This document shows positions 21,125-30,722 of a DNA stretch of 64,000 nt, one piece after another. The notes under the pieces were generated by a model that was given only the letters and a program-made list of their open reading frames with translations, was not told the origin of the DNA and did no database searches. Both the position numbers and the translations under genes were made by a program. Each line of letters starts with the position of its first letter. The first letter of the stretch is position 1. This DNA is from an uncultured delta proteobacterium (GTDB lineage: Bacteria; Desulfobacterota; Syntrophia; Syntrophales; UBA5619): positions 448,001 to 512,000 of the forward strand of contig CAWFOM010000005.1 of NCBI GenBank assembly GCA_963817385.1, read 5' to 3'.

Positions 21125-22272
21125 CATTCACTCCTTCCAATTCCCGCCAGCATTTCCTCTGTCGCCGTAAAAACCTCTTCTACGGTGATCTCCTTCATAC
21201 AATTTCTTGTTTCACACCGCTTCCGGAAGCAGGGCATACAATCCAATTCGTGACGGATGACCCGGTGGCCAGCGCCGTAAGGACCCGTCCGCGCGGGGTC
21301 GGTCGGCCCGAAGAGGGCGATGACCGGGGTTCCCACCCCCACGGCGAGGTGCATGGGACCGGAGTCGGTCGTTATGACGAGGGCCGCCTGCCGGTAGAGG
21401 CAGGCGAGCTCCCGGAGTGTCGTCCTTCCGCCGAGATTGACGGCCTCCGTTGTCATCAGCGCCCGGATCCTGTCGAGCGGATCAGCCGCACTCCCCGTCA
21501 AGATCACCCCAATTCCCAGCTCCCGGCGGATTCGGTCACAGAGTTTGGCAAACTTCTCATCCTCCCAGAGTTTCGTCTCCCAGAAGGCGACCGGGTTGAC
21601 CGCCACAAAACGCCTTCCCGGCTTTCGCCTCCCGTCTGATTCAATCCGATTATCCCTACACCCGTTACCCGCCGTGAGGAGTGCCTCATGCTCGTTCATG
21701 AGGGCCTCCACGTGTCGCCGTTCCGTCTCCCCGATCGTGATCGTGAATGAGGGCGGCGCCGTGAGGCAGTCGGCCTGTACACCCTCTCCATCGGCAAGGT
21801 AGCGGATAAAGTCGAGGTAGCGATCCACGGCGTGCTTCCCCATCTCCTCGGTGATCTTTTCATTGTAGAACAGGCCGCTGAGTTCCTGGAGGCTGTCGTA
21901 ACCGAGCCTCCGCCGGCCGCCGCTTACGGCGACGATGACGGCGCTCTTCAGGAGGCCGTGGAAGTCGATGACAAGGTCATACGGGCGGCTGCGGAGAGCT
22001 TTGATAAATGCCCGCATTTCTCTCAAAGGAGTTGCGACCCGTCCATTCCGGATTTCCTTCAGCCAACGTTTCCGATGGGAGACGATGATCCGATTCAGAT
22101 CGGGGTGGTCGGTCAGCAGATCGGCGGCGGCTTCCTCGACGACCCAAGTGATATCCGAAGAGGGATAGCACCGCCGCAGGGCGGCGAGCGCCGGCAGCGT
22201 GTGGATCACGTCGCCGATGGCGCTCAGTTTGACGATCAGGATATTCACCGTTTTCGGTCCTTCAGGAGCCAT
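21124..22272 (-). CDS. waaC: GT9 LPS heptosyltransferase (WaaC-like)
   Basis: ILIVKLSAIGDVIHTLP, DSGPMHLA and LFGPT motifs. Confidence 0.8.
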   Translation of the reverse strand: MAPEGPKTVNILIVKLSAIGDVIHTLPALAALRRCYPSSDITWVVEEAAADLLTDHPDLNRIIVSHRKRWLKEIRNGRVATPLREMRAFIKALRSRPYDLVIDFHGLLKSAVIVAVSGGRRRLGYDSLQELSGLFYNEKITEEMGKHAVDRYLDFIRYLADGEGVQADCLTAPPSFTITIGETERRHVEALMNEHEALLTAGNGCRDNRIESDGRRKPGRRFVAVNPVAFWETKLWEDEKFAKLCDRIRRELGIGVILTGSAADPLDRIRALMTTEAVNLGGRTTLRELACLYRQAALVITTDSGPMHLAVGVGTPVIALFGPTDPARTGPYGAGHRVIRHELDCMPCFRKRCETRNCMKEITVEEVFTATEEMLAGIGRSE

Positions 22273-22889
22273 CGTACGGCAGCGAGAATGTCTTCGGCGA
22301 TGTGGACGGGTCGTATGACTGCCTCCTCCCCATGCGGACGGACCTCTTCGCCGGGGCTCTTCTGCTCCGGTCCTTCCATGATATCCAGCGCAGCGGCGGC
22401 TTCGGCGCCGTAACCGGTCCGGACGAGGATCCCTCTCGCTCCGATCCTTGCGGCCGCCTCGATATCCTTCAAGGTGTCTCCTACCATATAGGAGCGTTCC
22501 GGTTCAAGGGAGAGTTCCTCAATGGCCCTGAGGAGAAGCCCCGGCGAGGGTTTCCGGCAGTTACAGCTCCGGAGGTATCTCCCCCGGCCTTCTGTCGGGT
22601 GGTGGGGGCAGAAATAACAACCGTCGAGGGAGGCCCCCTCCTTCTGGAGCATCTCACGGAGGTGCGTATGAACCTCATCAACAAAGGCCTCGGTGAAAAA
22701 CCCCCGGGCGACGCCGGACTGGTTGGTTACGACGACCGCCTTCATGCCGCTTTTGTTGATTAGGCGGATCGCCTCGGCGGCGCCGGGAACCAGACGAAGT
22801 TTTTCCAGGCGGTCGAGGTACCCCACCTCTTCGTTGATCGTTCCGTCGCGGTCCAGAAAAACCGCCGCCTGATGTTTTTCCTTGGCCAT
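22245..22889 (-). CDS. gmhB: D-glycero-D-manno-heptose-1,7-bisphosphate phosphatase
   Basis: FLDRDGTIN, VTNQSG, CPHHP and CRKP motifs. Confidence 0.9.
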   Translation of the reverse strand: MAKEKHQAAVFLDRDGTINEEVGYLDRLEKLRLVPGAAEAIRLINKSGMKAVVVTNQSGVARGFFTEAFVDEVHTHLREMLQKEGASLDGCYFCPHHPTEGRGRYLRSCNCRKPSPGLLLRAIEELSLEPERSYMVGDTLKDIEAAARIGARGILVRTGYGAEAAAALDIMEGPEQKSPGEEVRPHGEEAVIRPVHIAEDILAAVRWLLKDRKR

Positions 22890-22912
22890 CAATCCCGACC
22901 TCCAAATCGCCC

Positions 22913-24011
22913 TCACGAAACCTCCTCACCGAGGTTTTTCTCGTTCATCGATAGGATCTTGTGCGCCGCCGCATACACCTCATCCACGCCGATCATCTCC
23001 ATGCAGCGGAAGTCGGTCGGACAGACCGGCTTCAGGCAGGGGCTGCACGAGCACAGCGTGATGGATGACGATGCTCTTCTCCCCCACGGGCGATGTCGTG
23101 GCAGGGTTCGTCGAGCCGAAAATCGCGATCGTGGGAATCCCCAGCGCCCCGGCGACATGCATCAGGCCGGAATCGTTTGAGAGGAAAAGAGTGCAACGCG
23201 CGATCAGGGCCATCGCCTCCTTGAGGTTCGTTCTCCCGGCGATATCGACCAGGGGGTGGTGGGCTCTCCGCGCCACCGCGGTGGTACTTTCCCTGTCACT
23301 GGTGCTGCCGAAGAGAATCGCCTGCGCGCCGGTGTCGTCGATCAGGCGGTCGGCGACGGCGGCAAACCGTTCCGGGAGCCATTTCTTCGCCGGCCCGTAG
23401 GCGGCGCCGGGTGCGATGCCGATCAGCGGGCTGCCTTCCGCAATGCCGAACTGGTCCAGGAGGCTCTTCGCCGTTTCATCATAGTCCTCCCCGGGTCGGA
23501 GGCGGACGTTACGCTCCGCAACGGTGCAACCGAGCGCCCGCACCATCTCCCGGTAGTAGTCGATCTGATGAACCGACCGGATCGCCTCTGTCCGCCGGAC
23601 CGAATGGGTGAGGAGAATCCCCCGCCCGTCGGAGTTGTAGCCGGCCCGAAGCGGTATGCCCGCGAGGCGGGCCAGAATGGCCGCCTCGATCGCGTTCTGC
23701 AGAAGGATAGCGCAATCGAAACCGTAACTTCTGAGTTCGCCGGCCAGTCGCCACCTTCCCAGGACGCCGGCATGGCGTCCCGGTTCGGCAAAGAGGATGA
23801 TCTCGTCCACGTCCGGAGAGAGCCGATAGACCTCGGCGACCCAGGGCTTTGCGAGGACGGCGATCCGGGCGCGGGGCCACGTCTGCCGGATGGCGGCGAC
23901 GGCGGGGAGCGTCATGACGACGTCCCCGATCCAGTTCGTTCCCCGGATCAGCACCCGTTCGATCCCCTCCGCGGGGAGCCTTTTTCCTCCTCTGACCTGC
24001 AGTTGCATCAT
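22913..24011 (-). CDS. waaF: LPS heptosyltransferase II, +1 frameshift near 23051
   Basis: NWIGDVVM, PGAAYGPAKKW and NDSGLMH; the tail CSPCLKPVCP lies in a shifted frame. Confidence 0.85.
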
Positions 24012-24037
24012 GTGTTTCCTACACTACCATTTCAAAC

Positions 24038-24230
24038 GATGATTTGGGCCCTGTCGTTTTGTAACGGTCGATTCGGAGATTTTCCCGGGTTACCGTGCCA
24101 CCGCTGCGGAGCGGCCGCCGGGAAAACTGTCTGAGCGCGAAGCGCGAGTTTTTTCCCGGCAGCGGAGCGAGGATGAGCAGGGTCGGGAAAAGATCCTGAG
24201 CCCGCACAAAGCGACAGAGCCCAAATCATC
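24038..24230. repeat. Palindromic intergenic element, copy 1
   Basis: 25-bp outer inverted repeat 24038-24062/24206-24230 with 2 mismatches; core 24075-24196 shared with copies 2 and 3. Confidence 0.9.
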
Positions 24231-24237
24231 CCACCCC

Positions 24238-25212
24238 TCACTCCTTCCGGCGGACCTGGCACCGCTGAGTCTTCCAACGCTGATGGACCCAAAACCACTG
24301 ATCGGGATACCGCCGGACCGTCTCCTCTATGACCTTAGTGAACCGCTGGGTGTTCGCGAGGACATCCGCATTCCGGTCACCCGTACGGGCCACCTCCACC
24401 TCCGGTCCGATCACCAGACGGTACCGCCCGTCAGGGAGCCTGACTATATAGCCGGGGAGGACGGGCGCTTTGGTGTGGAGGGCCAGAAGCGCAAGTCCAT
24501 CTGTCGTGCAGGCCGGCCGGCCAAAATAATCGACAAAGACCCCTTCGTACCAGGCGACGTTCTGGTCGATGAGAATGCCCACGATCTCATTGTGCTTAAG
24601 GCTCCGGATCATCGCCCGCATCGCGTGTTCCTTGGGGAGGAGGGTATTACCGCTAGCCGATCGGACCCGGAGCACGAGGTGTTCGAGCAGTGCGCTGTCG
24701 AGTTTGCGGTAGATCACGACCGCTGGTTTGATCAGGATGGCCGCCGCCGCCGCCGACAGCTCCCAGTTGCCGAAATGGCCGGTGAAGAAGAGGACGCCCC
24801 GGCCTTTTTCGAGGGCTCGCAGGCAATGCTCCAGACCCTCGGCTTCGACAAATTCCCCGATGTTCTCCTTCGTAAGACAGGGGATGTCAAAAAATTCCGC
24901 AGCCATGATTCCCATGTTCCGGTAAACGCTCCGGGCGATCCGGAGGATCTCGTCGTCGGATTTTTCCGGGAAAGCGCGCCGGAGGTTATAGGCGGCGATC
25001 AGCCGCTGCCGCGGAACGAGGAGGTAGAAAAGCCGGGAAAGACCGGTGAACAGGGCCCTTCGCAGGGAGACGGGGATCCCCTGAAAGCAGGTGAGCAGAA
25101 TATCGGCAAGACGCTGGACGATCACCGGCTGTACCTCATGATTGCACAATTTTCCAGAAGACTGATGAGCGGGGGAAGTGGCTTTGTGAAAAGCAAAGAC
25201 CATTTCCACCAA
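24238..25212 (-). CDS. lpxL: Lipid A late acyltransferase (LpxL/HtrB family); true start probably ~85 bp downstream of the track start
   Basis: TGHFGNWE, ILIDQ and PDQWFWVHQRWK motifs. Confidence 0.85.
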   Translation of the reverse strand: MVEMVFAFHKATSPAHQSSGKLCNHEVQPVIVQRLADILLTCFQGIPVSLRRALFTGLSRLFYLLVPRQRLIAAYNLRRAFPEKSDDEILRIARSVYRNMGIMAAEFFDIPCLTKENIGEFVEAEGLEHCLRALEKGRGVLFFTGHFGNWELSAAAAAILIKPAVVIYRKLDSALLEHLVLRVRSASGNTLLPKEHAMRAMIRSLKHNEIVGILIDQNVAWYEGVFVDYFGRPACTTDGLALLALHTKAPVLPGYIVRLPDGRYRLVIGPEVEVARTGDRNADVLANTQRFTKVIEETVRRYPDQWFWVHQRWKTQRCQVRRKE

Positions 25213-25227
25213 TCCTTCTCCCGTTTA

Positions 25228-26307
25228 TTAATACGCAACGCGGGAAAAAATCAACTCTGCAAATGGTTCGGCGGGCGTGATATGCATCCCGATCCGGAGG
25301 AGGGAAATCTCCGCCAAGAAATCGGGGAAGTCGGCAAGGCGGATGCCATCCTTCTCCGTCGTGACGATCCGTCCGGCGCCGCTCTCGCCGGCCTGACGTC
25401 GGAGGGCTTCAAGATCGTGCAGTGTATAGGGATGGTGGTCGGGGAATGCCCGGAAGGCAACGACTTCCGCGCCCAGTGCCGTCAGGCTCTGCCGAAAGGC
25501 CTCCGGAGATCCGATCCCGGCAAAGGCGTACACCTTTACCCCTCGCAGCTCCGTGAGCGGCAACGCGCATCCCGTAGCCGCTTCAACAAGCTCCCGCGGC
25601 CGGTGGAGGCCGCGGAAGATCGGCAGGGGAGGTACTCCCTGGGGAGGGGCCTCTTTCCCCGTTCCGCCCGTCCTGATGAGGAGGTGGGCGCGATGCAGGG
25701 CTTCCTGCGGTTCGCGGAGCGGTCCCCGCGGGAGGAGACAGCCGTTTCCGAAGGGGCGCGCCGCATCGAGCATGACGATGTCAAGGTCCCGGAAGAGCGC
25801 CCGGTGCTGGAAGGCGTCGTCGAGGATCAGAACGTCCGCGCCGAAACGCTCCACGGCGACCCGGCCCGTGAGGATGCGCCTGGGGCCGGTCAGGACGGGC
25901 ACCCCCGGTACGGCTCCGGCGATCAGGACCGGTTCGTCTCCCGACTGCCTCCACTCCGTGAGAATGCGTTTCCCGTCGGAGACGGTATTTATGCGGGCCT
26001 GACCGCTTCCGCCGTAACCCCGGCTCAGGACGGCAGGCCTGCGGCCCTTTTCCCGGAGCATAGTGGCGAGGAGGATGACCGTCGGTGTCTTTCCGGTTCC
26101 TCCCACCGTGAGATTTCCCACACTGACGACGGGGCAGGGGAGTTTCTCCTGCCGGAGAAGCCCCCGGTCGTACAGCCGGTTTCTTGCGGCAACGGAGCTG
26201 CGGTAGGGAAGCGAAAGGAGCCGAAGGCAGACACGGATCACCCCGGTCGAGTCTCCCGGCCGCTCCTCGTTCCATATCTTCTGCACCCGCTCCTGAAGGG
26301 TCTTCAT
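25228..26307 (-). CDS. lpxK: Tetraacyldisaccharide 4'-kinase
   Basis: SVGNLTVGGTGKTP, SRGYG, DDAFQH and TTEKD motifs. Confidence 0.95.
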   Translation of the reverse strand: MKTLQERVQKIWNEERPGDSTGVIRVCLRLLSLPYRSSVAARNRLYDRGLLRQEKLPCPVVSVGNLTVGGTGKTPTVILLATMLREKGRRPAVLSRGYGGSGQARINTVSDGKRILTEWRQSGDEPVLIAGAVPGVPVLTGPRRILTGRVAVERFGADVLILDDAFQHRALFRDLDIVMLDAARPFGNGCLLPRGPLREPQEALHRAHLLIRTGGTGKEAPPQGVPPLPIFRGLHRPRELVEAATGCALPLTELRGVKVYAFAGIGSPEAFRQSLTALGAEVVAFRAFPDHHPYTLHDLEALRRQAGESGAGRIVTTEKDGIRLADFPDFLAEISLLRIGMHITPAEPFAELIFSRVAY

Positions 26308-26337
26308 GCGGACCTACCAGTGCCAATATACGGTAAT

Positions 26338-26514
26338 GGAAATGGAACTTCGCGAGGGGCGCATTGGAGGTTTTTTCGGCCACTATGCCACTTGAGCGGA
26401 GCGCCCGCCGGGAAAATTGTCTGAGCGCCTGCAAGGCGCGAGTTTTTCCCCGGCAGAGAAGCGAGGATGAGCATGGTCGGAAGAAGATCCCGCGCCCCGG
26501 CGAAGACCATTTCC
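26338..26514. repeat. Palindromic intergenic element, copy 2
   Basis: Outer arms ggaaatggaacttcgcgaggggcgc / gcgccccggcgaagaccatttcc; core 26366-26490. Confidence 0.9.
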
Positions 26515-26529
26515 CATGGCTCCGTCCCT

Positions 26530-28320
26530 CTATTCCTTTCCATTTCCGTTTCCGTCCTTCCCCTCCCCGTTTCCCCGCCCGTTCTCCTTGAACTGCAAGT
26601 TATAGAGGCGACAGTATTCCCCTTGACAGGTGAGGAGTTGTTCGTGCGTCCCCTCTTCACGGATCTCGCCGTTGGCCAGGACGATGATCCGGTTCGCGTT
26701 CCGGATCGTGGAGAGGCGATGGGCGATGACCAGCGTCGTCCTCCCCTTCATCAGATTTTCCAGAGCGTCCTGAACCTCGATCTCCGCCTCCGAGTCAAGG
26801 GAGGAGGTCGCCTCGTCAAGGATCAGGATCGGGGCGTCCTTGAGGAGGGCGCGGGCGATGGAGATCCGCTGCCGCTCCCCGCCGGAGAGTTTCGTCCCCT
26901 GCTCGCCGATGAGGGTGTCGTACCCCATGGGCAGGCGCACGATGAATGCGTGGGCGTTGGCGGCCGTTGCTGCGGCGATGATCTCCTCCTCAGTTCTTGC
27001 GATATCACCATAGGCGATGTTGTTGCGTACCGTGTCGTTGAAGAGGATCGTCTGTTGGGTGACGATCGCGATCTGCCCCCGGAGAGACTCGATCGTCACG
27101 TCGCGGATGTCGCGGCCGTCGATGAAGATCGCCCCTTCCGTGACATCGTAGAAGCGGGGGATCAGGTTGACAAGCGTCGTCTTTCCCCCGCCACTCGTCC
27201 CCACGAAGGCGACCACCTCTCCCGCCCGGATCGCCAGATTGATATTCTTCAGGACCGGCGCATCCTCGTAGCGGAAGGTGATGTTCCGGATCTCGATTGC
27301 CTGAGAGATCCGGGGCAGGGGGAGGGCGCCGGGTGCATTGCGGATCTCCGGGACCAGGTCGATGATACCGAAGACCCGCTGGGCGCCGGCGATTCCCTGC
27401 TGGATCGTGTTGTTCACGTTCGTCAGTCGCTTGACCGGCTCGTAGAGCATGATGAGTGCGGTGAGAAAGGAGAAGAATGTCCCCGGTGTTGATTGACCGT
27501 GGATGACCTGATAGCCGCCGTAGAAAATGATCGCCGATATGCCGAGCCCCCCGAGGAATTCCATGAAGGGGCTGGAGACGGCGGTGATCGAAACCGCTTT
27601 CAGATAGAGGCGAAAGAGGCGCTCATTTTCCCCGGAAAACCGTTTGTTTTCGTACTCCTCCATGCTGAATGCCTTGACTATCCGGGTCCCCGAGATCGTC
27701 TCCTGGAGAAGGGTGGTCAGACTCCCCAGGGTGACCTGCGTCCGTGTCGCCACCTGCCGCATCTTCTGGCCGAATTTCGCGATGGGGTAGACGGCGAGCG
27801 GGAAGACGAACATGGCGATGATGGCGAGCTGCCAGTCCCGGTAGAAGATGACAAAGATCAGGCAGACGAGCGTGAAAGAGTCCTTGAGAAGGGCGGTAAC
27901 CGCCTCCGAGACGGCCCCCTGGATGTAGGATACATCGTTCGTGATCCGGGACATGAGTGTGCCGGTCGGATTTTTCGTGAAGAAGGAGAGTGATTGGGTC
28001 TGGATCTTCCGGTAGAGTGACGCCCGCATGTCGGCCACGATCCGCTGGCCGATAAAGTTCATGAGAACCGTCTGGGCATAGTTGCATGCCCCTTTCGTGA
28101 GGTAGATCCCGACGACCGCGAGAGGGATCCATGTCAGCATAGCGGCGTTTTTTTTCAGGAAGATTTCATCGAGCGTTGGCTTGACGAGAAAGGCGAGTGC
28201 CGAGGTTGTCGCTCCGACGACGAGCATGCAGATCATGGCGATGGAAAATTTAGTCGCATGCGGCTTCGCCAGTTTCAATAACCGTTTAAATACATCCACA
28301 ACCGATTCTCCTCTTCCCAT
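26530..28320 (-). CDS. msbA: Lipid A flippase, ABC transporter
   Basis: TMD plus NBD with GTSGGGKT, LSGGERQR and DEATS; lipid A operon context. Confidence 0.9.
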   Translation of the reverse strand: MGRGESVVDVFKRLLKLAKPHATKFSIAMICMLVVGATTSALAFLVKPTLDEIFLKKNAAMLTWIPLAVVGIYLTKGACNYAQTVLMNFIGQRIVADMRASLYRKIQTQSLSFFTKNPTGTLMSRITNDVSYIQGAVSEAVTALLKDSFTLVCLIFVIFYRDWQLAIIAMFVFPLAVYPIAKFGQKMRQVATRTQVTLGSLTTLLQETISGTRIVKAFSMEEYENKRFSGENERLFRLYLKAVSITAVSSPFMEFLGGLGISAIIFYGGYQVIHGQSTPGTFFSFLTALIMLYEPVKRLTNVNNTIQQGIAGAQRVFGIIDLVPEIRNAPGALPLPRISQAIEIRNITFRYEDAPVLKNINLAIRAGEVVAFVGTSGGGKTTLVNLIPRFYDVTEGAIFIDGRDIRDVTIESLRGQIAIVTQQTILFNDTVRNNIAYGDIARTEEEIIAAATAANAHAFIVRLPMGYDTLIGEQGTKLSGGERQRISIARALLKDAPILILDEATSSLDSEAEIEVQDALENLMKGRTTLVIAHRLSTIRNANRIIVLANGEIREEGTHEQLLTCQGEYCRLYNLQFKENGRGNGEGKDGNGNGKE

Positions 28321-28350
28321 TCCCGTGTTCTATTTATTAATCCCATGCGG

Positions 28351-28527
28351 ATGAAAAGTATCTTCATGAGAGGCGCGTTGGAGATTTTTCCGGGCACCAT
28401 GCCACCTTGAGCGTAGCGCCCGCCGGAAAACATGTCTAAGCGCGAAGCGCGAGTTGGTTTTCCGGCAGCTTTTGCGAGGATGTGCATGGTCGGAAAAAGA
28501 TCCGCGCCCTGATGAAGATCTTTCCAT
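28351..28527. repeat. Palindromic intergenic element, copy 3
   Basis: Outer arms atgaaaagtatcttcatgagaggcgc / gcgccctgatgaagatctttccat; core 28380-28503. Confidence 0.9.
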
Positions 28528-29673
28528 TTACTCACTTTTCTCCAACATGTCGCAGGCGATCCGTGCCGTTCGCTTTGCAGCCCCGGCTGTCCCCAGTTTC
28601 CCCCTGATTTCCGCAAGCGAAGCCTTCATCTCCTCTGCTTTCCCGCGCTTAACAAGGAGTTCCCTCACCTCCGCGGCAATCCGCTCCGGATTGGCATCAT
28701 CCTGGATCAACTCGGGGACGACGGACCGCCCGGCGATGATGTTCACCAGAGAGATATGGTCCACGCGGATGAACCTGCGGCCGACGGCATAGGAGGAGGC
28801 GGAGACCTTGTAGATGACGACCATCGGTGTCTCCAGAAGAGCCGTTTCCAGGGTGGCCGTTCCCGAGGCGACGATCGCCACGTCGGAGACGGCAATGACG
28901 TCGTAGATCTCGTCCCGGATGACATTGACCGTGACGGGAAACTGCCGGAGGATATCCCGGACGAAGTCGGGATCGAGCGTCCCGGCGAGCGGCAGAACAA
29001 ACTGCAGCGGGGAGAGCTTTTCCGTCAGGGTCCGGCAGGCCCTGAGCATCTCCGGCAGGAGCCGCGCCACTTCGGAGCGGCGGCTGCCGGGGAGAATGCC
29101 CACGGTGATCGCATCGCCCCGCAGGCCGAAGCGCTTCAACGCCTCTGTCCGCGGGTATTTTTTTCTCACTTCGTCCAGAAGCGGGTGTCCGACAAAGGTG
29201 ACATCCACACCGGCCTCCCGGTAAAATTTCTCCTCGAAGGGGAGGATGACCGCCATCCGATCCACGGATTTCCTGATGGTTTCGATCCGGCCCTTTCGCC
29301 AGGCCCACACCTGGGGGCTGATGTAGTAGAGGACCTTGATTCCGCGCTTTCGGGCGGCACGGGCGAGGGGAAGGTTGAAGTCCGGGTAGTCGATGAGGAT
29401 CACGAGGTCGGGTCGCTCTCCGGCGAGCGATGCCTTCAGGCGATGCATGACCCGGAGGATCGTCCCAAGCTTGAGGATCACCTCGGTCAACCCCACGACG
29501 GCCATGTCGGCGGCGTCGGCCAGGAGTTCGACTCCCTCCGCCCGCATCCGGTTTCCCCCGACGCCGTAAAAGGAGAGGGAAGGATCGATCGTGCGCATCG
29601 CCCGGACGAGATTTCCGCCGTGCAGATCGCCGGAGGCCTCCCCGGCGACAATCATGATCTTCCGTGTGTTCAC
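28528..29673 (-). CDS. lpxB: Lipid A disaccharide synthase
   Basis: AGEASGD, IDYPDFN, SPQVWAWR, LPFE and SGTATLE; GTG start overlaps the upstream stop. Confidence 0.95.
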   Translation of the reverse strand: MNTRKIMIVAGEASGDLHGGNLVRAMRTIDPSLSFYGVGGNRMRAEGVELLADAADMAVVGLTEVILKLGTILRVMHRLKASLAGERPDLVILIDYPDFNLPLARAARKRGIKVLYYISPQVWAWRKGRIETIRKSVDRMAVILPFEEKFYREAGVDVTFVGHPLLDEVRKKYPRTEALKRFGLRGDAITVGILPGSRRSEVARLLPEMLRACRTLTEKLSPLQFVLPLAGTLDPDFVRDILRQFPVTVNVIRDEIYDVIAVSDVAIVASGTATLETALLETPMVVIYKVSASSYAVGRRFIRVDHISLVNIIAGRSVVPELIQDDANPERIAAEVRELLVKRGKAEEMKASLAEIRGKLGTAGAAKRTARIACDMLEKSE

Positions 29674-30674
29674 CGCTCTGCCCGACCTTCCGCATCGCAT
29701 CCCGCCGGAGATATGCCGGCCGCGAGGAGAGGGGCTCGCGCCCTGTTTACAACGATTGCGTCATTGATGCGCAGCGCCAGCTCCAGGGCATCACGGCCGT
29801 CTCTCCCGGACACCGGCGGCGGGGTCCGGTCTTGTACGGCACGGACGAAGGCGCGGATCTCCTCCTCGAGGGGGTCCTGGATTGTTATCTCCACGGGATT
29901 CTCGGTGATCGTCACCTGCCCGTCTGCGCCGCTTCTCCTCCCCAGAGAAACCAGCTCCCGTTTCTGGTAATCCACGGCGTGGTATCCCTCGATGCCGAAA
30001 AAACGGATCTTCTGCATCGTCTTTCCGGTGACCCGGCTTGCGGTGATGTTTGCGACGCAGCCGCTCGCGAAGATCAAACGGGCGTTGGCGATGTCAACCT
30101 TGTCCGAGAGGACCGAGACCCCCACCGCATCAACGGTTTCCACCGGGGAGCGGACGAAGTGGAGGATGATGTCGAGATCGTGGACCATCAGGTCGAGGAT
30201 GACGTCAACGTCCGTGCCGCGTTCGAAAAAGGGGTGGAGGCGATGGGATTCGATGAAGAGGGGTCTTCCCATAACGGAGTGGAGGGCCGCGACAGCCGGG
30301 TTGAACCGCTCGACGAAGCCGATCTGGAAGATCAGTCCGTTCTTATCTGCCAGGGCGATCAGTTCGTCCGCTTCGGCAAGCGTGACGGCGATCGGCTTTT
30401 CCAGCAGGACATCCACGCCCGCTTTCAGAAATACCGAAGCGACCTCATAATGGGCGCCGGTCGGCACGGCGATCGAGACGGCGTCGACCATTCCTGCAAG
30501 CTTCCGGTAATCCTTCACAACCTCGCAACCGAAGAGCTCCGCAGCCTTCCGGGCGCGCTCCTCGATTGCGTCGGAAACGCCGACGATCCGGCAGCCCGGA
30601 ATCCGCTGATATTTCTGCAGGTGGTAACCGCCGAGATGGCCGATGCCCACTACACCGATTCTGGTCTCCTTCAT
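29670..30674 (-). CDS. Gfo/Idh/MocA oxidoreductase, GnnA-like
   Basis: GIGHLG, EKP, ERFNP and DLMVHD motifs; sits between lpxA and lpxB. Confidence 0.8.
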   Translation of the reverse strand: MKETRIGVVGIGHLGGYHLQKYQRIPGCRIVGVSDAIEERARKAAELFGCEVVKDYRKLAGMVDAVSIAVPTGAHYEVASVFLKAGVDVLLEKPIAVTLAEADELIALADKNGLIFQIGFVERFNPAVAALHSVMGRPLFIESHRLHPFFERGTDVDVILDLMVHDLDIILHFVRSPVETVDAVGVSVLSDKVDIANARLIFASGCVANITASRVTGKTMQKIRFFGIEGYHAVDYQKRELVSLGRRSGADGQVTITENPVEITIQDPLEEEIRAFVRAVQDRTPPPVSGRDGRDALELALRINDAIVVNRARAPLLAAGISPAGCDAEGRAER

Positions 30675-30722
30675 AGAATCAATAGCGGTACTCCTCCGTG
30701 CCGCATCTGTGCGACCGGTTTC

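Noticed and set aside
24038..28527. The repeats as a CRISPR array or integron attC sites
   Set aside because: They are separated by essential chromosomal genes, not spacers or cassettes. No cas or intI gene and no consistent RYYYAAC/GTTRRRY ends were seen.
24019..28616. Similar short ORFs (DLFPT..ILA..PGK) at 24019, 26304 and 28275 as a small-protein family
   Set aside because: They are translations of the palindromic repeat. Frames diverge between copies and starts and stops are inconsistent.
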